Shown in pieces: positions 35,063 to 48,159 of a stretch of DNA of 64,000 bases. How positions within the stretch are numbered: the stretch's first letter is position 1; each line of letters starts with the position of its first letter. A model generated the notes under the pieces. It did no database searches. It saw nothing but the letters and a program-made list of their open reading frames with translations, and was not told the origin of the DNA. The stretch comes from Acanthaster planci (Eukaryota), in the NCBI RefSeq assembly GCF_001949145.1, contig NW_019091358.1:620961-684960 (forward strand). Reading direction: 5' to 3'. The translations under genes and the position numbers were made by a program.

Positions 35063-35586
35063 ACACTTGAACATACACATGTAGAATGAATTTGTAATCA
35101 ATGATAATTTATACATGAATAATCATGAAACAGTTAAACAAAAACCGTAATCAACGGTTATTCTGTGGCTATCTACATTACGCACTTCATTACTTTTCAA
35201 TAAATGACAGTGATTTATCGTCAAAAATTACTGTAATTCATTTCCAGAAGTATTGGCGCTCGTGCTGCCAGTAAAATTACTGTGAAAATTTACAGCAGAA
35301 AGTAGTGTTCACTTACAATTTATTCTATTATTTAATATAGGTGTTCCCTGCCGTTTTCCGATCATCTTCGTACACGAATTAGCGACAGTTTCATTTAAAT
35401 TAGATTGCCGGAATAGTTTGACGATCTGATCTGAGCAAAATTGATCATTCAGTTCCATTTTAACAGAATGCGACTGCACAATCTTGTTATTCAAAAAGTG
35501 AAGGGTCAGCATTCAATTTGGTGAGCACATCTGCTCAGTCTTTCATTGGCGGTTGTCCCTACTCCCAATCCCAAGCGATTGTTGAA

Positions 35587-35602
35587 CCAGCAGAGGGCGC
35601 TA
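35587..35602 (+). promoter_or_regulatory. CTCF-like binding motif
   Basis: CCAGCAGAGGGCGCTA closely matches the metazoan CTCF core; binding is not shown. Confidence 0.5.
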
Positions 35603-37254
35603 GTTCTTTTCGGGAAAACGGTTCGTTCTGCAACTGCGTGCAGAACGAACTTAGTCAATCAAGTGCAGCCACTGCGGGCTGCACTTGATTGACAAAGGCT
35701 GCTCCAAACCCAGATGGGGGGGGGGCATTATCTGGGGAGGCCAAAGAATTCGAAACTTTTGGCATATACCTTTTATGCCTTCTCTGAGGGGAGAGGCTAG
35801 TATATAGATTTTGGGGGCGTTTTACTCATGTTTTGAAGGAAGGGAAATGAAAAAGACCCATAAAATTGACTCTTCCATCAGGTCGAGTTCGGGCGGCCTG
35901 TTCTCAACACAGGTTTCTTGTGGGAAACGGTGTGAACACGACTCAAGAACACTGTTCTCGGAACAGGATCACACACCACCTCCTCATCAGGGTTTTACAA
36001 GAGCACACAGAAAAACTCGTGAGATTTTATTTTTGAACAGCTGCAAACATGGCAAAAAGTAGAGTGATGGCTTACAAAGCCAGAGACCACATGTATAGGA
36101 AATTTTGCAAAAGTAACATTAATTATTCTTCATAACACAGAAATGAATGTTCCTGTTTAAACAGAAAGAATTCAGCCCAGTTACCCAAGCATTAACTCTC
36201 AAATAACGTACTTGGACGCCGCCATGTTGCATGTTGCTTGTGACTAACTACCAGCAATAGCCGGTTGTACGTTCCCGGCGTTCGAGCGGCTGATCCAAGA
36301 ACAACTGATCAAGCTGTTCGTGAACACACGAAAACAAGCTGCCCGAACTCAGCCTACGACGAAGGTCGATGTTCATGATATTGATGTCCATCTGTAATAA
36401 ATCAGAATGGCATATCTATGGCTTTTTAAAAAGTGCTTTGCTTTTTTGAGTGATATTGAATGCATTTTAGTCTTCAGAAGTCTGAAAAAATTCTTCACAA
36501 TCTACTTTAATTTTTTGCTCACCACAAAAAGGTGTGTTTGTTGGGGGGAAAGATAACACCTTCAATCCCTGGTATTTATGCCCATGATCGAATTAAAAAT
36601 ACTCCTCGCTACAGTTCTCTTCTTTTTCTTTTTTACAGAAAACCCTTTGGTTGGTGAGTGTGCAGAAAGATTTGAATCAAATTCTGATCTTACTTCAGGA
36701 AAAAAACAGCTAGCCTGTTGATTAATTTTTCAGCAAAAGCCAAACTGGAAAAGAGGGCATTTTGAGACCCTGTAGCCTATAAACAAATTTAATGTTGGTC
36801 TGTGGTTAACCTTAAATTGTTTTGTTGATTTGCTAATTACTTTCTATAATTACTCTTTTCTGACAGTGATAAGGCAACTCCACTGCAAAGACTGATTTCA
36901 TCAAATTAAATTTTTATCAAAAATTAACAATGACCTTGCACCCGAAGGACCGTAGACAACACCTGAGGGCGCTGTATGCAGCGCCTTAAACAAGTTCCAC
37001 GGATGAGGATACATTCAAATTTCTTTGGAACGTGCATTTTGTACACAACGTGGCTAGACAATGTTTGCCAATCAAGGAGAAACGTCGGTGCGTCACGCAC
37101 GATCGATTTGGCAGTATAAACTCAGCTAGCTTACGGGTGGAGATAGCGAGCTCGATCGCTATCACGTGCAAGTAGCCAGCCGGGGAGTGCTAGCTGTTAA
37201 CAGTTATAATGATTTAATAGTCCTCATCTCAACAGCGGGGCACTTTACGGAATT

Positions 37255-37345
37255 AAGGAAGTCCACGCGTGATTGGTGAATGGGCCCACTGACTGGCGCG
37301 TGCAGTGTCGTGTAAGCAGTCGAGTCCGGTCCGGCCACTCATCGA
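37255..37345 (+). promoter_or_regulatory. Putative CpG-rich promoter of the plus-strand gene
   Basis: CpG-rich patch with an inverted CCAAT (GATTGG ~37271), TGGGCCCA and GTGACGCAA, just upstream of the putative first exon. Confidence 0.4.
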
Positions 37346-37579
37346 GTGACGCAACCAAATCCGAATGTCAGATCGTGGGGTACTTGTGTTCACGATCCGT
37401 TCCGCCGGCTGATTTCCCGTGGAATTGTTCCCAAGGTCATTGACAGCGTTCTCAAGATCAAGACAGCGGAGGTCCGGATCGTGCCCTGGTTCTGTCTAGA
37501 AACGATGGCTTGTCTGCTGATGATGAGAACTGATGCACATTGGATCATGGGATGAACCCCTGCTCAGCATTCCGCTGTG
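37345..37579 (+). other. Putative non-coding first exon (5' UTR) with uORFs; start approximate
   Basis: Ends at a consensus donor TG|GTAAGT (37580); a TGA at 37553 is in frame with the exon 2 ORF. Confidence 0.55.
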
Positions 37580-38975
37580 GTAAGTTCACGATTCTTTCGG
37601 TCCATTGGTTTTGAACTACCTTTAGGCACTAATTTGTGTTCAAGTGCGGTGGCAATGGTAGATTTGCTTTGCTTCGTCCAATTTTGTAAGGTTCACAAGA
37701 GAGTTACCTAAAATTCAGGCTTTGAGAGTGTGGGTGTGTGGGGAGTGGCTGCCCAGTCACCAACTTCTGGTATTGGGGGAGGGGTACATCACAAGATTCA
37801 TACATCATTCTGATAGTGATACTAATTTTTTTTGGGGGGAGGGGGTAGCTCCTTGCTGCCCTTCCACCTCCCCCCTTGGCAATGGCCGGGGAAAACAGTC
37901 TTTTCTTCTAAAAACAATTGCAGAATTTTTATTATCCATGCAAACTGAATCTTTACTTTCCTCTCCCAAGAAAGAAAAATGTCGAATGTGTCGGCGGTTT
38001 TAATTCCTAATAGAGAAAATAACGTGCCTCCCTCTCCACCCCACTCTACACTCCTTGCTGGATTCACCACTGCCCCTGTAGCTTCCCATGGCCTAGTTAT
38101 TTACTTTCAAGAATCAGTTTCTAACCGTTACTCCCAAAGTATCTCTGCCAGAAATTGTTCTTTTTATTGTAGAAACCTTCACCACAGTGTGGTAAACCGG
38201 TGAGGCATGCTTTGTCAACTGTAAATCTCCAGTTTCAAGGGGCTTCAAACACCCGTAAAGCGGCAGGGCTTGACCATCGCAAAGTCCTGCCAAATCTTCC
38301 CACTCTGCCTTGGGAACTTATAAAGACCAGACAAGGTTATACATGTACTGGTTATTGCAAGGATTGAGAGTATTGCAGGTTTGATGGCAGACAAAATTTT
38401 TTGGACATAACTGTAATAATCAAAAGTGAATAAGCCTGGACCTGTTTGATGAACCATTAATGTCAGTGCGACTATCAGCAAGCTTATCCTAAATTTGCCA
38501 ACTACAGAGATTAAACCTCCAACCATACTGTTTGCGTTGCTGATTTCTATCTGGATTAATGGAAAAGTGCACTGTGAAATTTATTGTGTCTACTATCTTT
38601 ATTGCAGCACTCGACAGTTTGCTGATTCTAATTGTAGGGGAGGGGGTCAGTGATTCAAACCACTGGTTTTCACTGAAACCCATGGTGGAAGTAATATGTA
38701 TGTAAATACTGTGGAAAAGTCTGTGACCAGTGTGTGTATTATTCTTCAGTGTGAGCATTTCCCTTTTATGGTAGTATTTAGTTGTGTGCTTTTATTTGGA
38801 ATTCAACATTTAGCAGGAATTGAGTGCCATTTTCAAACCAGGTGTAGATGTACAGTACTTTTAATTTGCACGCACCATGGCAGGGCTGGGCTTTAAATTC
38901 AATATGAAGCCATGCTTAACATTGCGTTTCAAAAACATTCAAGATGTTTGTAATTATCCCCCCCTTTTTTTCCAG

Positions 38976-39104
38976 ATGCATGCACCATTGAGGATGAAAA
39001 TGAGATCGCGGCGAACTCTCTTCCTGTTGCTTTTAACCTTTGTGCTGGCCTGCCTGTTACTTTATCTACGCATTTCTCCTATGAAGGGGACTCGACACCA
39101 AAAG
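38976..39104 (+). CDS. First coding exon of a type II membrane protein (MHAPLRMKMRSRRTLFLLLLTFVLACLLLYLRISPMKGTRHQK), Golgi glycosyl/sulfotransferase-like topology
   Basis: Strong TTTTTTTCCAG acceptor and AAG|GTAAGA donor, 129 nt; basic residues followed by a single hydrophobic helix. The family cannot be determined from this exon. Confidence 0.7.
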
Positions 39105-41238
39105 GTAAGACCCTTAATTGTATTAACCATGTGACCAAGTTCAGCACAAACTGAGCCCACCAATGCACATGTGCATCCTCTGGGCTTGTAACACCAGTTA
39201 GGCTATGTTCGGTTAGAATCAATACTGGCAGAGTTCAAGGGCCCGTGAAATATAACTTTTTCCAGCAGTTGAACCTCTTGTAAAGTGGGACAGTTCCTTT
39301 GTACATGTACCCCATTTAACGCGATTGTCATTTTGTTATTAAAGTGCCATTTTAAGGGCATTTTGGTACATTTTTGATGGTTAAATTATTTCAGTACAGG
39401 TTGTATTGTCATCAGTGAGCAATGTGTGATGTCATGATGAGGCAGAAACCTCAGTGCTGCCCGTTCCTGCTCTACAATTTGTCTGGAAGTTATTATTTAT
39501 ATTTTGCCATGTAACTTTTGTTTGCTTGGGTGATTTGTTGTTTCAGTCTGTGACAGTAGCCCTTGGCCAAAGCTTTCTCACAATATTTGAGCAGAAGTTC
39601 CCAACTCAACAGTGCCTCCCTGTAATGGCATTACAGCAAAAGTGTCCTCATTTGTTTGGAAGGAAAAGTTTGGAAAATTTAAAATGTTTCATAAAAATGT
39701 ACTTTTCAGTGAGAGTAAACAAATATTGAGATTTCAGACATTTACAAGGAGGGGAAAGCTGCACAGGGCATATTCTCAATAAAAATTTCACATCTTGGAC
39801 CCTTTCAAAGAAATGTGCTTCAGGCCTGAGTGCTGGAATCACAGGCATCCCCAAAGCAACAAATGGGACGTTGGGGAAGGCCAGAATTTTCAATGAACAG
39901 AAAATCTTGTGCTGTGTAGTTCTTGACATGCATACATGTGCATGTACACACAGTGTGCCATGGGGGAGACTGGTTAAATCCAGCAGTTGATCATAATCTC
40001 TGTTGTCAGGGTTCAACAAAGTTCATGCATGGAGGCTGTGATGCCTCTGAAACCATTTTGCAAATTGGATTTCATCACTATTGGTAATATTCTGTGTGTC
40101 TGTGGGCCAACTGTAAGGACAGCTCCGTGATATGTGTCTGTTTGCCTACCAATCACCCACGTCACTCTGTACTTTACTAGTGCACATCCCTAGCATACAC
40201 TGTCCGGTCACAGAAGGTACATGTGCATGTACCGTTGTTTCAGAGGGCATACCTCATTGATGCAGCCTCTGTTTTAAACTTTAAAAACTTCTCACAGTAA
40301 AAGGAAATGCCTCACTGGGGCAGTTGTTGACATTTTGGTCAGTGCATTTCTGTCTTGTCAGTTATAGACCATGTTTTTTAAAAAATGGAGTTGACTTAAT
40401 TGTGAATGAAAGTTTAACAGGCTTCACAAATTCACAGATGGCCTTGCAGTTGGAAACAGAAGCTTTTCAATAGAAATTACCCGTACAATTTGTCTAAAAA
40501 TCTTGTGTTTTTCCTTGAGTTATTCTTGTTATTCTTGAGACTGTGTCTGCTTTATGCTTACCTGCAGTCAAGCAGTGGAAAATCTAATTAAGAAATGGCT
40601 ACCGTTACGTTGTATCGTTGCATGCGGATCAGTGCAGAATAGTGTCATTCTCTATCTATTAAGCAGAGATCTGCCGACTCTTCAAATATCAGAAGTGAAC
40701 CTTGGACCCACCTGTATGTTCATTAACTGCCAATCAGTGTGCATAGTTGGTCTGACAATACCAGTCACACCTTGGACCTCCATGTACATGTATGGTCAAA
40801 CCTTTGTGTGGGTCACGCACCCATGTCTGTGTAAAATTGGAGCCCTAAAGTCTTACGGGGAGAACTGCTATTTCTCTTGGCGGATTCGAAGAAACTATTT
40901 TATTAACTGTGTGGATTCCATGTTAGTGATGCTGACATTCCCCATTGAAATTTGTCAGGCAGTAGCATCAGCACCATGCATTGCTGATGTGAATGAAATA
41001 TCGGTACATAAATAGGCCCTGCATAGAAATTACCCAGATCTGCTCAGATTTTTTTCCCTCAAGCAGTAAATTTTTATGGGACAATTTCTTGTTAATGTCA
41101 AGTTGGTCCAAGAACCCTAGGTAGCAAAATTTATATAATATGAATTGAATCACTAGTATCCTGAAAGAAGTTACAATTACTGAGAAATGAATCACGGAAC
41201 GAGGAACGGTCACCAGGCAGACGATAGAGGCTCTGTGT

Positions 41239-41334
41239 GGTAGCCATCTTGCAGGGCAGTTCTTTTGTTCCACAAGGAAGCCTCCCTTGTGCATACCCTG
41301 TGGAACAAAAAGACTGGCCTGCAAGATGGCAGCC
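41239..41334. repeat. ~95-bp imperfect hairpin/palindrome
   Basis: GGTAGCCATCTTGCAGGGCAGTTCTTTTGTTCCACAAGG ... CCCTGTGGAACAAAAAGACTGGCCTGCAAGATGGCAGCC. Confidence 0.75.
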
Positions 41335-42840
41335 ATGCAAACCCTCTGTAGCTCCTGTCCACATAAACAGGCTGTGCTGCTGGAAATTTCTGTACCTGAA
41401 GCCCTTCAGTCTAACCTAGATTATATTGTGTACTATGTACTCTGCAAGTACATGTACAGTATTTCATCCAATACCAATGTGCAAGCAAATATTTGGCCAG
41501 ACACACTGTGAAGTAAATTGTATAAGGTGTAGCGAATGTAAATATGCTCTCAAATGAGGTTAATAGAGTGTACTGGTAATCTGGGTCAGGCATGTTGTGC
41601 CAGACGGGTATTGCTGAATGTTTCATCTGAGGGCTGCTTGTTCCTCGAAGTTTCTTTTGAAATCAACAAGGAGCCCACACTGTCAGTGGTCGCGTATTTT
41701 TCCCCAGCACGCAAGCACAAATGATTGGATACACATTGTTGGTTCCATATTATGTACATGTATGTACTTCAGTGTGCCACGTGAACGCGTGTTAAAGGTT
41801 CAGGCTGCAATAAATTACGCTTGACTGAAAGTATATTTTTTGAAAATATACCAGAGAGAAAAGTGTGTACATATGCATTCATGCTTGTTCATTCATTTGT
41901 CCTCAACCACTTCTTATCGGGCACTGAACCAGAAAAATACAGTACAAAAACGTGCACTTAATGCAGTGTACCGGTAGTCTGGGATTATTAATGGAAGACG
42001 GTGTGAATTGTTTATCAGGCCAGTCTTTTCAGATCCTCATCGTTTGTGACATTCTGAACTTCAGGGATGTGATGGGTAATGTAATAGTTATGGTGACAAC
42101 TGAAGTTTCTTCCACAAATTCCAGGACAACCGTTCTCAAAATGCTGTAACCCCCTCCTCACTAGTATGTGTACATCAATTGTCAAATAGGCAGGCCAGGC
42201 CAGGCCAGGCAAATTGAAGGTCTGTGCTGCTCCTGTTTGATGGCTTCACCCTCCTGGGGTCAACCAGGGACAACTATTGTGGCTGCGGTTAACCACTCCA
42301 CTCAAGCCAGCTCCCTAAACCACTTATCCGGGTCACTTTCAGCAATGATAAAGCTGAAAAGCCTAATCCCTTCTGTAACTGTCTCACAGTTTAATAAGCG
42401 GGCTTCAAGTTTGGTTCAGTGCAAAAGCTGGTCCCAGTACTGAGCTGGCAACTTGTGGGAAATGAGGACGAAAAGATAAAAGGTAAAGGTTACCTGTTGA
42501 GCAGCAGAACTTATGTATCCAACTGGTACCAAACATATACATGTACATAGTTGTTACTGTTCGCGGTATGTGTCAGATTGCACATACATGTAGATGGATG
42601 AGTTCACCAAGTTTTTGGAATGCATATTTTACAACTTTTTTGGCAAGGTGTGTCTGTAGAGACTATTGGAAGCATACTTTGACAGTGTATGAAACTCATA
42701 CTTGCCTATTTTCGACACTCACTTTGGGGAATAACCTGTCTGTCTGTTCCTTGTGTTTTCCTGATAAATCTCTTGTTTTGGGCATGTCATCATGTTGATT
42801 TGTAATGCACACATGTACGGGGGCATCTGTAGTTTAATTT

Positions 42841-42953
42841 AAATCACAAAAGTAGGAGGGCCTGACGTTATGATCCTAGCAGAATCTTATTTTTACCAAA
42901 TTTTATAGATTCTGCTTGGATCGAAACGTCAGGCCTTCCTACTTTCGTGATTT
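42841..42953. repeat. ~110-bp palindrome built from a GATCGAAACGTCAGGCC motif (possible Penelope-like remnant)
   Basis: AAATCACAAAAGTAGGAGGGCCTGACGTTATGATCCTAGCAGAATCT ... AGATTCTGCTTGGATCGAAACGTCAGGCCTTCCTACTTTCGTGATTT. Confidence 0.65.
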
Positions 42954-45900
42954 GTATTTCAGGTCACTGTAGCCAGCAAGCAGTTTGCATATACATATGT
43001 ACAGTATCTTCTTGTTTTATTTAAGTGAGCAAAGTGCACAAACATATTCCAGAACAAAACTACAAAATTAGGTCGAAAGGAGTTGTGAATACTTGGAAGA
43101 GAAGCAAGGGCTGATTTTGAGAAATGAAGAAACGTGTACAATTTTGGCCCTGCAGGGGTAGTTTATCAGATTTGGATCTGTGGTTTAATAATACCCACAG
43201 ACATTCATGATAGCCAGCTGATAACAGGGGCCTGCTGTGGAATTTCTTACCAGTTGTTTACCCCGCTATGTGGATGCTCAGAGGTACAGGTGTATGTCAG
43301 GGATCAAGGCTTTCTCAGCCAGACTCCCAGCCAATATCCACCTCACAACAGGTGCAATTTTAAAGTTTAATCCTGTAATAAAAAACCCAAGAATGTTGGA
43401 CAACATGTTTTTCCTGAGGCTGTAAACATACTGGGGGGGACCCGTCCTTCAAAAAAAAATTCCATTTGTTAGTTGGTTCCGGCCCTGTTGCATTTCTGTG
43501 AAAATTGTCATCAGGGTTGTCAAAAATCTACAACGGGACAGGGATGTTTTCTGCTTTGGATAAATTCCTTCATGAGAGCATTGTGCTGAAAACATGGCAC
43601 TTGGAGGTGAACTAAAACTACAGCATTTAAATTCAAAGTAGTTTTCTTCATTGCTTTCTTTTGTTCAACCTACAGTAATTGGCATTTTAAATTTTTTTAA
43701 AAAGCCATCGTAAAAAAATCCTACGTGTGCCTCTCCAGGCTTAACCCCATTAATGAACTGATAGCTCCTGGTTCAAGTTCATTACTCTTAAAATTGGCCG
43801 GACTGGTTTAATTGGAGCCTGACTCAGACCAAACATTGTACCTTGAAACAGTGCAGTCAGAGTTTTCGCAGATTTTTACCAACCAAAATATGGGAAAACA
43901 AACCGTGACAGAAAAATGAGACAGGAGCAAAATAATTTTTGAAGGTACATGTACAGTATTTGAACTGCTCTAACTGGAAAAGTGGGAGGCAATTTTTTTA
44001 AATACTAGTCGATGTTTTTTCTCTATTTTAGGCAGGGATTAAATTGAGGGCACAGGGAGGATTTCTGTTTCCACAGTCTCAAAGATGACACATCGTGGAT
44101 TTTTTTCTGTTTTCCGTAAAAGTATCTTTTGTTCATCATAGTCATTCAGCTGGTTCTTTCCAAGTTGTTCACAGCTTTGTATCAATTTAAATTTAATGTT
44201 TCTGAGTTGATTTAAAAATAGGACGAGTGCTTCTACCATTCATTAGTACTAAGTGAGGCCCTTCCACACCCGAGTACAGTTCTGTGTATCTTCAATTCAG
44301 ACATTCTGCTCTGCCTTGTTGGCAGTGCTAAAAAAGGTTACTCCTTTACCCAAGTCCCAAAATAGTTAGATACACAAACACAGTTTGGCATAAGGAGTCT
44401 GGTTTCCTGTAATGGTTGAAAAAATGAAGTGATGCTGATGTGGGTCTTTGTTCCACTAGGACACCCCTAAAGGTGAGCATGAGAGGCGTGACCTTTTGGA
44501 GGTGGTGCATTCAGTGACTTGGAATTGCAGCCGCTCTTTGTTCACATTGTTACGGTTGCAGATTTGGGCAGCCATGCTTTGAAGTTATTGAGCCCTTAGA
44601 TAGACATGTTCTCAAGGTTTTGGCCTTGTGTTGAGGTAACCGATTTGTTTCTACTTCCCTGAGATGACGCTCTTCGCTCTTCGTGTAAACTTCGATGTTT
44701 AAAATTGAGGTAAACATTTGTATCTTGGCTGGGACAAGCCACGGATCAACAATTTTAAAACTTTTCATTGGGATGTGCAGTTTAGACTGCACAGTATGAT
44801 GCTGCTTGATCATGCATCTTGAAGTCTGAAAATGTGTGGACTTACCTGGTAGGCTAGTACATGTGCTTGTACATTGTACAAGTACTAAGTAGCTATTTCT
44901 ACATATATGCAATCTAAATGCAAAGCAAAAGCAGCCAAGTAATAAATTCTCAAAAACAAAAAGATTGAAAGGATAGACCTACATTTAGGCATTAAATGAT
45001 CCTTTTTTAAATTCCCTACGATTGATTTCCCTCCATTCTTGTGGAAATAGTTGAGGCAGGTGGAGGTCAGGGAGTGTGTTATTTTACATACTTCCTCATA
45101 TCTTTCCCTGGATTTTTTTTATACCATACTTAGCTTAAGACAACCGAGGAAATGCGTAAAATTCGTAAAACCTGCAATGCAAGAAGCTCCCTTAATCGTT
45201 TTGCAGCTTTGGTTTATTTATCTCGCAGAGATAAAAAGGGAATTAAGAATGTATTAATAACCCTGCATACATGGAAAAAGCCATCGTGGTTTTTTAAAGA
45301 CCAGTGTATTTCTTACAGATTTTGAACGGAAACACCTAACTTTGGTGGTCAGCACGTGCATTGCTTTATATTGGGTTCTCTTTTCTTTTTTTTCTTTTTT
45401 TTGTCTTCTACTGTGAAATGAAAACATGCATGAGCTTGGTAATGGATCATTCAATTTTATATCTTTAGTCACGGGAACACTTTTTGAAAGGAGGATACAA
45501 ATATTTGCACCAATTATCGAGCCACTTTTTACAAAAGAGAAAGAAAACTTTGCCGCACCAGACCTAACTAGGGCTTCAACACAGTAAAGGGCTTAATGCA
45601 TGTACCCAGATACCGTACAGATAAATGTACAACTTCTGCTTGTTGCAGAGACCACCAGCTTTGAGGGCTGTGGACAATATGACACCTACAGGTAGTTGGT
45701 GATAAATGCAACTACTAGTACCTATGGTTGATTGTACCATGCTGGTGGTCCACAAAATAACAATGCCTCTAAAAAAACAGCACTGTTTGGTTAGTTGAAA
45801 GAGTAGTTGGGTCTATATATTAGTTGGGCCTTAAGTGGACAAAGATCCGATTACTGATAAACAAACATCTCCTAGTCTTTTCAAGTGTCCAGTGGATTTC

Positions 45901-46499
45901 TTGTGGAGTTTAGCATTTTAATGTTTGTAAAGCATGCCTGATGGTCTGAAAGTGGTGACCACTTTTCATTTCATTTCATTCCATACAGTCTGGGAGGAAA
46001 AACTTCTTTAAAAAAGCGTATATGTAGGATTTCTGCTGGAATAATGGCCTTCTGCAATAATGTACCTTCTGTACTTCTGCTTCTCCGTTTTCTCTAAATT
46101 ATTCTGCTGACTGCTTTGAGTTTTTCAATCATCAGAACAATACTTAATTTAATTGCCCCAGAGGAAAACAATGATGAAAAAAAAAGACAGAAAGGAAACA
46201 ATGAAATTCTGTTACCATCTGAAACTCAAAGAGATTCCTGAGAGTCTATAAATTAAGGAAATTGCTCGAGGTGTGTAAGTTTGTTGGCATTTTGTGCTTA
46301 GATTTGAACTTGACATTAGGCTAAAGAGCCTTTAATATGTGTGAAAACCTCCTGTTCAATTCCAAACATCCTAGGAGATTCTTTTCTTCAAATCAGAAAA
46401 AAAGTTGAATTCCCCCAGAAAAATCAAGCCAATGAAGAAGCTGAATGTAAGTTATTTTTAACTCATTTTATATCTTGCTTTATTTTGAACACTTTATTT

Positions 46500-46783
46500 A
46501 TTTGTCTTTCTGGTAATGAAACCAAGATTCCTCAAAAGTACCATAGGCACTGTAGCTCGAAAGCCTGAAGAAAGTAAGAAACCTGGAGAGAGGAGACAGT
46601 GAGAAGAAGTTACAGTTTTAGTGGTTGGAGGAAAACCCCAGAGGAATACTCTGGGTAAAACCCACAAAGTCAGGTACCGTAGGGACCGAAAACCCAATCC
46701 ACTTGTGGACCGGTCCAGGAATCGAACCCGGGACCACAGAGGTGGAAGGCGAGGAAAGAACCACTGCACCAACCTGATCATCC
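46500..46783 (-). mobile_element. tRNA-derived SINE, family B
   Basis: Reverse complement reads CAGGTTGGTGCAGTGGTT...CCCGGGTTCGATTCC...GTGGATTGGGTTTTCGGTCCCT; homologous to 29212-29480. Confidence 0.8.
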
Positions 46784-48159
46784 AACTGAATTAGTATTAC
46801 GTTTAATTCATTAGATTTTGTGTATCATTTTGTGATTATTGTTCTTTAAAGATGTATTTTAATTTTCAATATTCACTTCATTATTTTCTGTTGCCTTTTA
46901 CTGCACCACCCAATTGGTCTGCAGTGACATGCACATGATATCCCTCTTACCTGAATTACATCTCATTTCGTCATTTTCTGTTATGTAGGCCCTAATATTA
47001 TTTCTGTTTCTGCTGGGGAACTCCTGTATTTGAATATGATTTTGGTTTGTACTTTTCTGCGTTTATTTCATGGTTAGCAGTCCAGGCCTACATGTATGTG
47101 TATTTGCTTTGTCATATTTTGTCTTGTGTTGATATTTTAATTTGATTGTGGATTGGTACGGGCTCCATTACCTTTTCCACAAATCACAACTGATGTAAAA
47201 GTAAATAGATACCCTAAATTACAATATTGTCCATCCCCAGCCCTCCAAGTCATACAGCATGGAGTGCCCATACTGCCACAGAATTGTTCTCCAAGCAAAA
47301 TAAATCTGTGGAACATTATTCAGTGTTTTGGCTGTGATCAGTAAAAGGATCCCCCCCCCAAAAAAAGAGCTCAAACATGACAATGAGAAGTTTGTAGTGA
47401 GGACTGCTGTGGACTGGACACAAGCATAGCTACTACATGTAGGGTTGCAGACTATAAGCTGCTCAACAAAAATAAAAAATACCCCACTTAAAAAAAAAAT
47501 CAGGAAAAATAAAGTTCTCAGATGTTCAAGACACACACGCAAATCAAACTAAAGATTATTTCCTCATATTACCTGTACTTTGTCTTTTCTATTTCTGAGT
47601 GGTCATTCTCTTACTTTGGCATATATTTCCACCCAAATATGATTATCCTTGGAATTTTTTTAAAAGGCCCATCTCCATATTGGAAACTGGTGCCTTCACT
47701 CCATTGCAAAATAGAGCCATGTGGAAGTGTCCATTTTGTCTACACTTTTCATAAATACTCACACAAGCTTGGCAGTTCCGGTAAATAGCTTCCATTCTTC
47801 ATTTTTATAACCATCCAGTCTGCATTCCACAAACTGCCCCAACAGCAGAAAATACTAGGGCATTGGTTTAGTCCATGCAGACAATTTGGGGCCTGTGTAC
47901 ATGTACTGGCCTCCATACATGTACTGGCCTCCAACCCATAGTCCCTAATAAAGTACAGCTACACCTGTAGTGGGGGAAAGAGTTTTGGAAGTACACATGC
48001 ATTAATATGGTACATGTACACTGTACATCTGATTTCCCTTACAGTTTGGCTGAAAATGATGGATCCACAGAATTAACGGTATAGTTTGTGTTAACCCTCG
48101 TGAAATCTGCCTGAACTATAATACAAAGCCAAGACTTTCAATAAACCACACACCATATT

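Noticed and set aside
45649..45691. Possible further exon of the plus-strand gene (TTGCAG|AGACCACC...CCTACAG|GTAGTT)
   Set aside because: Weak donor and no recognisable protein similarity; cannot be supported without transcripts.
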